Shown one piece after another: positions 1-7,757 of a stretch of DNA of 64,000 bases (the stretch's first letter is position 1; each line of letters opens with the position of its first letter). This stretch comes from Bacteroidales bacterium (GTDB taxonomy: Bacteria; Bacteroidota; Bacteroidia; Bacteroidales; UBA10428). The notes below the pieces were generated by a model, which was not told the origin of the DNA, did no database searches, and saw only the letters and a program-made list of their open reading frames with translations. The position numbers were made by a program, and so were the translations under genes. The stretch spans positions 1,353 to 65,352 of the forward strand of contig JAFGBD010000008.1 of NCBI GenBank assembly GCA_016933335.1, written 5' to 3'.

Positions 1-72
1 TATATCAAAAAAACGGTATCTTCTGAACCTGAATGGCTGGTGTACCTGAAAATATAAACAGATGGTTTTCAT
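1..72 (-). CDS. Glycoside hydrolase family 57 (alpha-amylase-like) N-terminus, truncated by window edge
   Basis: The reverse complement of 1-72 reads ATG... = MKTICLYFQVHQPFRFRRYRFFDI and is open to the window edge. This N-terminus resembles what I recall for GH57 enzymes. It lies directly downstream of the GT4 and debranching genes on the same strand. It is too short to appear in the ORF track. Confidence 0.5.
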   Translation of the reverse strand, partial: MKTICLYFQVHQPFRFRRYRFFDI

Positions 73-91
73 CGCATCAAAGATTGATAAA

Positions 92-1375
92 TTATAAAAC
101 AGATTGATAGATTTCTTTTACTTTACTTGCAGTATTTTCCCACTTTAAACTGGCTACTTCTTCCCTGGCATACTTTCTGAACATTTTTGGCAAACCCTCA
201 TAATTGAGAATTCCATAGATGGCATCAGCCATTGCATGAATGTCCCAGAAATCAACTTTAATGGCATGTTTCAGAATTTCTGAAACTCCTGACTGTCTTG
301 ATATAATAACCGGAACATTTGATTGTAATGCTTCAAGCGGAGAGATCCCGAATGGTTCCGATATGGACGGCATGACATATACATCGCTTAAATCAAACAT
401 CGAATACACATCAGTTCCTTTAAGGAAACCTGTAAAATGGAATTTGTCACCCATTCTTAACGCAGCAATCCGCGCAATCATTCTGTTGAGCATATCCCCG
501 CTGCCGGCCATTACAAATCTGACCTTATCCATTTTTCTCAATACCTGGTAAGCCGCTTCTATAAAATATTCCGGGCCCTTCTGCAGCGTTATCCTTCCAA
601 GAAAGGTCACTATTTTATCGCTGATGCCACTTTGTGTTTTTACCTTTTCCCTGTCAATCAGCGGTTCAACCGCGTTATATACGGTAATTACCTTATCGGG
701 ATTTATACCGTACTTCTCAATGACTATATTTCTGGTGAGATTGCTCACGGTAATTATCCTGTCGGCCATATCCATACCCCGCTTTTCAATTTCAAATACA
801 GATGGATTAACATTACCTCCACTCCTGTCAAAATCGGTAGCATGTACATGAATGATGAGGGGTTTCCCCGAAACGAATTTGGCAGCTATACCTGCAGGAT
901 AGGTCAGCCAGTCATGTGCATGAATGACATCGAAATCAAAATTCACCCCGATAATTGAGGCCACTGCCGAGTAATTGGCTATTTCCTGGAACAGGTCTGC
1001 TCCGTACCCGCCGGAAAAAGTCAGTTTACCTGAAAAAAGGGTGTTTATCAAGGTCTTCTGTTTCTGCTTGGTTAAGTTTACAAGTTTTTCATATTCTTCA
1101 GGACTGGTATATGGTATAAGTTGTGAACCAACTTCAATAAAGCTGATTTTTTTGAAAAAACCTTTATAATCCACAACACGATCGCTGATAACAATTTCCC
1201 CCGCATCTATCAGTTTCAGGACAGACTGATCCTCATCACCATAGGCCTTTGGTACAACAAAAAGAATCTCCACATCACCAACACTATTCAGACCTTTTGT
1301 AAGTCCGTAACTGGCAGTACCCAGTCCGCCGGAAATATGGGGAGGAAATTCCCATCCGAACATTAATACTCTCAT
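92..1375 (-). CDS. GT-B retaining glycosyltransferase (GT4/GT5, glycogen-synthase-like)
   Basis: 427-aa ORF. The N-terminal MRVLMFGWEFPPHISGGLG Gly-rich loop and the C-terminal PSISEPFGISPLEAL (E-x7-E) are typical of group-1 glycosyltransferases. The gene sits between the GH57 and debranching-enzyme genes. Confidence 0.8.
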   Translation of the reverse strand: MRVLMFGWEFPPHISGGLGTASYGLTKGLNSVGDVEILFVVPKAYGDEDQSVLKLIDAGEIVISDRVVDYKGFFKKISFIEVGSQLIPYTSPEEYEKLVNLTKQKQKTLINTLFSGKLTFSGGYGADLFQEIANYSAVASIIGVNFDFDVIHAHDWLTYPAGIAAKFVSGKPLIIHVHATDFDRSGGNVNPSVFEIEKRGMDMADRIITVSNLTRNIVIEKYGINPDKVITVYNAVEPLIDREKVKTQSGISDKIVTFLGRITLQKGPEYFIEAAYQVLRKMDKVRFVMAGSGDMLNRMIARIAALRMGDKFHFTGFLKGTDVYSMFDLSDVYVMPSISEPFGISPLEALQSNVPVIISRQSGVSEILKHAIKVDFWDIHAMADAIYGILNYEGLPKMFRKYAREEVASLKWENTASKVKEIYQSVL

Positions 1376-1411
1376 ACGCTATGGCTGTTTATTAACAACA
1401 AATAAAACATT

Positions 1412-3370
1412 TTATGATTCAACTTGTTTCAGTAATTCAATTTTCTGAATGATTCTCAGGAGCGCAGCAACACTCCATGCCTGTGATATAGCACCTTTTG
1501 GAAGATGGGGCGGATCTCCGTCGTAAATCTCTGAAATGGTACCGATTCCATGCTCGAACATGACTGGTTCAAATCCATCAACAATCCTTTGCACAAATGG
1601 TATTCCTGAAGTTTTATGAATATTCAGATACGCCTCACAGTAATGCTCGAGCAGCCATGGCCAGACTGTTCCCTGATGATAGGCAGAATCACGCGACTCT
1701 TGGTTGCCCTGGTAGATCCCGATATATTTCTCATTGGTCGGTGAGAGCGTTCTTAATCCGCGCGGAGTGAGAAGGCATTTCTCAACCACTTTCAGAACAG
1801 CAAGTTTTATCTGATCATCTACAGGTGAATATTCCACTGAGGCTGCAATAATCTGGTTGGGCCTGATCGACCAGTCCTTTTCTAAATCGGTGATACAATC
1901 AGCAAGATATCCTTTGGAATCATCCCAGAAGCCTTCAATAAATGATTCGCTGATCATTTCGGGAAGCCTTTCCCATTCGCTGATAAAGGCTTCATCTTTG
2001 GCACGTCTTGCCAGTTCAAGTGAAAACATTACAGCATTGTACCATAAAGCATTAATCTCAACCGGGCATCCGATCCTGGGAGTTACAGGTTTTCCATCCA
2101 CCACAGCATCCATCCAGGTTAATGCTTTGCCGGCTTCACCTGCGTAAATTAAACCGTTTTCCAACATTCTGATATTAAAAGACGTACCGGAACGATAAGC
2201 GTTCAGAACAGACTTCATGAATTTTCCGTAATTCTTCCAGATAACACTGTATGACCTCACAACCCTTGCATACTGCTGAATAGCCCAAAAATACCAAAGC
2301 GGAGCATCCACTGAATTAAATGCAGGAGCCTCATCACTCCCCACATTAGGGAACAGACCTTCTCTCAGCTTTCCGCTCATGGTATCCAGCACATTTTTGC
2401 ATGTTTTTGTATCATCAATTGCAAGCGTTAGCCCCGGCAGAGAAATAAAAGTATCACGGCCCCATGAGCCAAACCAGTGAAATCCCGCAATGATCTCTGT
2501 TTTCTTGTCTTTCCTGACAATGAACTGTTGTGCGGAGTTTATCAGACAGTTTTTAAAGTTGTTTCTGGGGATACGCTTTCCCAACTCATTGCTGAACTTC
2601 CTTTTTAGGAAATCGGGATTATCGACCATACTGGTGAAGGCGGAAAAAATGATTACCTCACCTTTCTTAACAGGTATTTCAAAATAACCGGGGGTAAACA
2701 GGTCCTCCTTATAATCATAACCTCTCTTCATCTCCTCCATATATTCGATATCATAATACCAGTCAGGGCTTGCAATGAACTCCACCGGCTTTGAAAACTG
2801 CATGTGAAGATAGGGGTATCCGTCATAAAGCCTTGATTTGATGCCGTTAGGAATATGCCAGGTTTTTGTATTTGCATGCATATTTGATTTGCTGAGCTGG
2901 TGTATGTTACGGAATGCAAGGAATGGTTTGAATCTTAAACTGGTTTGTCTGTCGGCTTCAATGATCGTATATCTTATCAGCATCTGCTGTTCCTTTTCAA
3001 CAAGAAGTCTTTCCTTGGTCATAATAACATTTCCAATTCTGAAAACAAACTTCGGAAGAGGGTCAGCTTCAAAATCCCTCAGATATTTATGTCCTTTGGG
3101 ATGGTAGTTATCACCAGTGTATTTGTGGATACCCAGATTAAATTCACTGCCATGTTCAACAACAGTTTCATCCATGGTCGACAATAAAACATGCCTTTCA
3201 CCATCCAGATGCTCCATGGGACAAATCAAAAGACCATGATATTTCCTGGTGTTACAGCTAACCAGTGTTGTACTGGCGTAAGATCCTGCCCGGTTGCTTC
3301 TTATTATCTCCTTGCTCAGGGAATATTCAAGGTTAATTAACTGGGATTTGTCAAATTTCAGGTAACTCAT
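1412..3370 (-). CDS. Glycogen debranching enzyme (amylo-alpha-1,6-glucosidase, GDE_C family)
   Basis: 652-aa ORF. The N-terminal SNRAGSYASTTLVSCNTRKYHGLL and the C-terminal (alpha/alpha)6-type region (GFHWFGSWGRDTFISLPGL, YHQGTVWPWLL) match bacterial or archaeal-type debranching enzymes. Confidence 0.85.
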   Translation of the reverse strand: MSYLKFDKSQLINLEYSLSKEIIRSNRAGSYASTTLVSCNTRKYHGLLICPMEHLDGERHVLLSTMDETVVEHGSEFNLGIHKYTGDNYHPKGHKYLRDFEADPLPKFVFRIGNVIMTKERLLVEKEQQMLIRYTIIEADRQTSLRFKPFLAFRNIHQLSKSNMHANTKTWHIPNGIKSRLYDGYPYLHMQFSKPVEFIASPDWYYDIEYMEEMKRGYDYKEDLFTPGYFEIPVKKGEVIIFSAFTSMVDNPDFLKRKFSNELGKRIPRNNFKNCLINSAQQFIVRKDKKTEIIAGFHWFGSWGRDTFISLPGLTLAIDDTKTCKNVLDTMSGKLREGLFPNVGSDEAPAFNSVDAPLWYFWAIQQYARVVRSYSVIWKNYGKFMKSVLNAYRSGTSFNIRMLENGLIYAGEAGKALTWMDAVVDGKPVTPRIGCPVEINALWYNAVMFSLELARRAKDEAFISEWERLPEMISESFIEGFWDDSKGYLADCITDLEKDWSIRPNQIIAASVEYSPVDDQIKLAVLKVVEKCLLTPRGLRTLSPTNEKYIGIYQGNQESRDSAYHQGTVWPWLLEHYCEAYLNIHKTSGIPFVQRIVDGFEPVMFEHGIGTISEIYDGDPPHLPKGAISQAWSVAALLRIIQKIELLKQVES

Positions 3371-3439
3371 TTTATGTCATTTTAAAGTATATCAAGTTAT
3401 GAAATTATTGCTTAATTACCTTTATTTAAGATTAATTTT

Positions 3440-3473
3440 TAATTAATTTACCGGTCAACCGGTATATTAATTA
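3440..3473. promoter_or_regulatory. 34-bp near-perfect palindrome (candidate operator or hairpin) upstream of the glycogen debranching gene
   Basis: TAATTAATTTACCGG-tcaa-CCGGTATATTAATTA. The 15-nt arms match at 14/15 positions. It lies 70-103 nt upstream of the GDE start (3370, minus strand) inside a 486-bp ORF-free spacer. Confidence 0.3.
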
Positions 3474-3856
3474 TACTCTCAACCACCCGCATCTGAAACA
3501 GTCAAGATAAAATGTAAAGTAAAATAATCCTGTTATTCAGCCTGGATTTCCCCTTGATGCATTCATAAACTTGTTAAAGTTTATCCTTACATCAGGGTTA
3601 AATGAAATTGTATATGAATATTAACTCCTGCCATCCATATTCCGAGCAAAGATAAAGATAATTTAAATTTTCATATCAACAGGAAAAAATGTTTGTTCAG
3701 ATTACCATGATTGCATTATTTATCTTTAAAACCCTGAATGCAATCTATAATAAATGACTAATCCGCTCAGTATGGATGTCAAATAATTGATAACATATGT
3801 CTTTGGATTTTTGTTTAAGCAGTTGATAGAGACTTTAATGAATCCGCCGGTCTTCT

Positions 3857-5029
3857 CTATCTGACAGATGGCGGTTGCGGCTCATGAATACTGATACAAT
3901 GAAAGCCTCCGCTGTAATAATTGATGGTATCTGCCCGTACTTTAATGATTTCTCTTTCCGGGAATACTTCCTGAAATATCTCCGTAACCTTTTTCTCCTT
4001 CATCATGAGAGCTATATTATCTGAATCCTCTGAAACATAGGATGGCAGTATAATCAGTGAGTTGGTAATAATAAAATTCATATAGCTGGTTATGGATGCA
4101 ACAAAAGTTTTTTCCGGTCCCGCCCTCCGGTCTGAAATCAATACAGGAGCGATGGGTACTTTAATGATTTTAAACTTTTTCCCATCCTGATCAGTGGAGC
4201 TCTTCAGAATATCATAATTCTCATCGAGTCTTCTTTTTGCCTCACTGAAAATGGGATTTGATCCTGCCTCCTCTTCCGTAACGCTGCTAATCAAAATGGT
4301 TCGCGGATCTGCAAACCTGCAGAATTCATCCACATGCCCGTTGACTCCTTTAGGGTAGACCTGTCCGTATATCGGGCCGGACAGAAAACTGTCATCCTGG
4401 GGTATTCCCCTTTTCAGCCATATGATCTTTTTCAGGCAGAGTTTTTCAATCATTTCATTTTCAATCTCCTGCCTGGTTTTTGGATGATTCACATCCAGTT
4501 CATGTGTCTCGCACAAAATCAGGGTTCCTTTCCCGTTTACTTCCCTTGCACCTCCTGTACCGTTCAGGTCGCTGCTTACTATGGGCAGATTCATAACCGA
4601 AGCAAAGTCATCAATAAAACCGGGATAGGTCCAGAAATACATGAACTGAACAAGTTTTTTATCACCCGGCCGGTTAACCAGGTAATATGGTCCGTAATCC
4701 CTGATCCAGATATTATCGTAATTCTTGCTCAAACGGACAAAACGAATATTTTCCGAATTACCGTGGTGCTTCCTGATGAAGTTTTGTATGTCGCCTGTCT
4801 TTGCTGAATTCCCTGTAAAGATGGTAACCTTATCCCTTTGCGAGATGATCCCGGCCAGCCGGGGAATGATTTCATAATAATCTGTTGACCAGATAAAACA
4901 GGTAGAATTGTTCGGCTCAAATTCAGCAGGATGGTAGAAATCCGCATGCTTTTCTGTGCGGTTACAGGCAGGCAACAATAATATTAATGGTAAAATCAGA
5001 CCAGGCAATCCATTTGCAATTCTTTTCAT
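3857..5029 (-). CDS. Agmatine deiminase / Porphyromonas-type peptidyl-arginine deiminase family protein with lipoprotein signal
   Basis: Family motifs seen are IWIRDYGPYY, GHVDEFCRFADP and the C-terminal GGFHCISIHEP carrying the nucleophile Cys. The likely start is MKRIANGLPGLILPLILLLPAC at 5029 (signal peptide plus lipobox Cys). The ORF track starts 17 codons upstream at 5080. Confidence 0.8.
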   Translation of the reverse strand: MKRIANGLPGLILPLILLLPACNRTEKHADFYHPAEFEPNNSTCFIWSTDYYEIIPRLAGIISQRDKVTIFTGNSAKTGDIQNFIRKHHGNSENIRFVRLSKNYDNIWIRDYGPYYLVNRPGDKKLVQFMYFWTYPGFIDDFASVMNLPIVSSDLNGTGGAREVNGKGTLILCETHELDVNHPKTRQEIENEMIEKLCLKKIIWLKRGIPQDDSFLSGPIYGQVYPKGVNGHVDEFCRFADPRTILISSVTEEEAGSNPIFSEAKRRLDENYDILKSSTDQDGKKFKIIKVPIAPVLISDRRAGPEKTFVASITSYMNFIITNSLIILPSYVSEDSDNIALMMKEKKVTEIFQEVFPEREIIKVRADTINYYSGGFHCISIHEPQPPSVR

Positions 5030-5158
5030 TATAGTGGCCTTAAAGATTTCAATATGTACACCTTTATATTCAATATACACCCTCTGTTTAATAGTTGTCT
5101 CAAAGATACAGCATTTGATTCGGATATTGAAAACCCGGATAAAATCACGGATTACTAT

Positions 5159-5175
5159 TTACACAATTTGTGTAA
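5159..5175. promoter_or_regulatory. 17-bp perfect palindrome upstream of the deiminase-family gene
   Basis: TTACACAA-t-TTGTGTAA, about 130 nt upstream of the 5029 start (minus strand). Confidence 0.25.
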
Positions 5176-5440
5176 CGCAATATGCGTACTTTAAATCATT
5201 TAATTATTTCTGTACAAAAAGCGCAAATGATTTCATTCCTCATTAGAGGCTATAAAGCCTTACAAACATTTCCCCTTGAAAGAATAGTTGCTGTATGGAT
5301 TGTCATAAAGTTAAAAATATTATTAAATAAAAGTTATTAGTAATCCTTTATGCTTACTACTCTCACCATAATTTTAATCAAAATTATTTGCACCTATTTA
5401 ACAACTTTTTACTGTTGATATATTGTAATTTATATAAAAA

Positions 5441-5460
5441 TGTGGTATATTTATACCACA
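5441..5460. promoter_or_regulatory. Candidate operator for the XRE repressor
   Basis: Perfect inverted repeat TGTGGTATA-tt-TATACCACA ending 26 nt upstream of the XRE ATG at 5487. Confidence 0.45.
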
Positions 5461-5486
5461 AACTGAAACCTACTCATTCATCAATT

Positions 5487-5858
5487 ATGAAAAAATTCGG
5501 CCAGTACATTAAGGAATTAAGAATTAAAAATCAAATTACTCTGAGGGAATTTTGTAAGCGAGCAGGTCTTGATCCAAGTAATTGGAGTAAAATAGAGCGA
5601 GGTATAAATGCACCACCAAAGAGTAAAGAAGCCCTTGTAACTATTGCTAAAGCTTTGAATTTAACAGTTAACAGTGCAGAGTATAACCAATTATTCGATT
5701 ATGCCATGATTGACTTTATTCCAGCTGAATTAGCTGAAAATACAAATGTACTTGAGAAATTACCACTCTTTTTCAGAACCGCTAGAGGTGAGAAACCTAC
5801 AGAAGAAGAACTCAATGAGTTAATCAGACTAATTAAACAATCGGATGAAAGAGATTAA
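5487..5858 (+). CDS. XRE-family helix-turn-helix transcriptional regulator
   Basis: MKKFGQYIKELRIKNQITLREFCKRAGLDPSNWSKIERG is a canonical HTH_3/Cro-CI fold signature. The start was moved to the ATG at 5487, because the upstream 33 codons of the track ORF are AT-rich spacer. Confidence 0.85.
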   Translation: MKKFGQYIKELRIKNQITLREFCKRAGLDPSNWSKIERGINAPPKSKEALVTIAKALNLTVNSAEYNQLFDYAMIDFIPAELAENTNVLEKLPLFFRTARGEKPTEEELNELIRLIKQSDERD

Positions 5859-6513
5859 ACCATTAAGATTATCGTGGCCTAAAATCAGAGAAATTGCAGA
5901 GGATTTTAGAAGGAAATATGTCGAACCAACTGAATTAATTCCGTTACCAATACATGAAATAATTGAGTTTAAACTTGGTCTTGATATTATACCTATTTTT
6001 GGACTTAAAGAACAAATTGACACTGAAGGATTTCTTCAAAGCAACTTAACTGCAATCTCGGTTGATAGTAAAACTTATGTTGATGATAGATATAAATTTA
6101 GACTTAATTTTACCTTTGCTCATGAAGTAGGACATTTAGTGCTTCATTCCGATCAATATAAACTAATGCAGATTATGTCAGTTAAAGATTATATTCAATT
6201 CCAGCAAAACTTTGATGAGGAAAGTCTTGAATGGTTTGAGAAACAAGCGAATGAATTTGCAGGTAGATTATTAGTTCCAGTAAACAAACTAAAGGAATTC
6301 ATAAGTTTTGAAGAAACATATTGTACTCAACTAACTGAAAAATTAGAATCAAGTTCAGAAGAATTAAATAAAAGAGAAATAGAATCATATGTGTTGGATA
6401 GATTATCTAGCAGGATCTACAAAAAATTTGAAGTTTCAAAGGATGTTGTTAAAAAAAGGATTAGAACAGAAAATTTGAGATTGGAATTTGATTTTCTGGA
6501 TTTTACCTCTTAA
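5845..6513 (+). CDS. ImmA/IrrE-family (COG2856) zinc metallopeptidase
   Basis: HExxH motif FAHEVGHLVLH, followed by EKQANEFAGRLLVP, which is typical of ImmA/IrrE. It overlaps the XRE gene by 14 nt, suggesting translational coupling. Confidence 0.85.
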   Translation: MKEIKPLRLSWPKIREIAEDFRRKYVEPTELIPLPIHEIIEFKLGLDIIPIFGLKEQIDTEGFLQSNLTAISVDSKTYVDDRYKFRLNFTFAHEVGHLVLHSDQYKLMQIMSVKDYIQFQQNFDEESLEWFEKQANEFAGRLLVPVNKLKEFISFEETYCTQLTEKLESSSEELNKREIESYVLDRLSSRIYKKFEVSKDVVKKRIRTENLRLEFDFLDFTS

Positions 6514-6632
6514 AATGCTAATTCACTAAGCTAAAATCAAGTTTTATAGCAGCAATCCTGAGAAAATATTTAGGTAATAGTATCTCAAAAATATAATATT
6601 TTTATATCTATTTTATACCAATATAAAGTTAA

Positions 6633-6665
6633 AGCCCTCTTATCTAATCAGATAGAGGGCTTTTT
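6633..6665. terminator. Intrinsic terminator hairpin, possibly bidirectional (ImmA gene and tRNA-Met)
   Basis: AGCCCTCT(t)ATC-taatca-GATAGAGGGCT followed by TTTT on the plus strand. On the minus strand it lies immediately 3' of the tRNA and is followed by TTTAACTTT. Confidence 0.6.
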
Positions 6666-6668
6666 ATG

Positions 6669-6741
<73 letters not shown>

Positions 6742-6764
6742 ATGTGTATTTGTGTTTGGGTGAG

Positions 6765-6795
6765 CAAAAGTAGTGCATCTTTTCCTAAACTCAAA
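6765..6795 (-). promoter_or_regulatory. Bacteroidetes-type promoter for tRNA-Met
   Basis: The minus strand reads TTTG-N19-TACTTTTG, a perfect match to the -33 TTTG / -7 TAnnTTTG consensus. The -7 element ends 23 nt upstream of tRNA position 1. Confidence 0.55.
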
Positions 6796-6879
6796 AAAAT
6801 TCCTCATAAATAACATGAGAAAGTTTGAATGCCATTTACCTCAAATCTTTTATATCTTTGCATAAAACAGAACCATCAA

Positions 6880-7740
6880 ATGGGAAATAACAAGAAATCA
6901 TTTCTTGAAAAATTCAAGCATAAATACAGACTCTCGATTTACCGCGACGAGACTTATGAAGAAGTATTGAATTTAAAACTTTCCAAACTGAATGTTTTCA
7001 CACTGGTCGGGATCATTACCATCGTATTTTTAACAATAGTCATTTCAATCATTGCATATACACCTGTAAGGGAATTCATTCCGGGTTATCCTGACGAGAC
7101 CACTGTTGCCCATATACAAAAAAACGAGTTCCTGCTTGATTCACTGGAAGCTGAACTAAGCAAAAGAGACAGGTATTTTATTAATCTTAAAAAAATACTT
7201 TCCGGAGAAGATCCTGATAACTATGATAATTACTCAGATACAGGCGGCAGATATGAAAATATTGAGTTCAGCCGGTCTGCAGAAGATTCATTGCTCAGAC
7301 AGATGATTGGACAGGAAGACCAGTTCAGCCTGTCCTATTCTTCGGCAAAAAGGTCTGTCTCTTCAATTTCTTCAATACATTTCTTCCCGCCTATTAAGGG
7401 ACTGGTAACCAACGCATTCAGTACCACAAACAACCATTATGGCATAGACATTGTCGCTGCCCCCAATGAAGTTGTCAAAGCAGTCCTGGAAGGAACTGTC
7501 ATCATGTCAAGCTGGACGCTTGAGACCGGCTGGGTTATCCAGATTCAGCATGATAATAACCTTTTATCCATTTATAAGCATAATGCCGAATTGCTTAAGA
7601 GACAAGGTGATTTTGTAAAGGCAGGTGATCCGATTGCCATTATCGGAAACTCAGGAGAACTAACAACAGGACCCCATCTTCATTTTGAGCTCTGGCACAA
7701 TATGGCACCCATCAATCCTCTGGAATACATCGTTTTTTAA
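6880..7740 (+). CDS. M23 family (LytM-type) metallopeptidase, membrane anchored
   Basis: HYGIDIVA and GNSGELTTGPHLHFELWH are M23 zinc motifs, and there is an N-terminal TM helix (VFTLVGIITIVFLTIVISIIAY). The likely start is MGNNKKSF at 6880. Confidence 0.85.
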   Translation: MGNNKKSFLEKFKHKYRLSIYRDETYEEVLNLKLSKLNVFTLVGIITIVFLTIVISIIAYTPVREFIPGYPDETTVAHIQKNEFLLDSLEAELSKRDRYFINLKKILSGEDPDNYDNYSDTGGRYENIEFSRSAEDSLLRQMIGQEDQFSLSYSSAKRSVSSISSIHFFPPIKGLVTNAFSTTNNHYGIDIVAAPNEVVKAVLEGTVIMSSWTLETGWVIQIQHDNNLLSIYKHNAELLKRQGDFVKAGDPIAIIGNSGELTTGPHLHFELWHNMAPINPLEYIVF

Positions 7741-7757
7741 ACAGGCTTGCCTTTTAA

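Noticed and set aside
3371-6668. Direct repeat of the tRNA-Met 3' end (att site) delimiting an integrated element that contains the deiminase, XRE and ImmA genes.
   Set aside because: By eye there is no match longer than 6 nt (CTTGAA) to the tRNA 3' half in the 3371-3856 or 5081-5486 spacers. The deiminase gene also has native-looking GC. Only the XRE/ImmA pair looks foreign.
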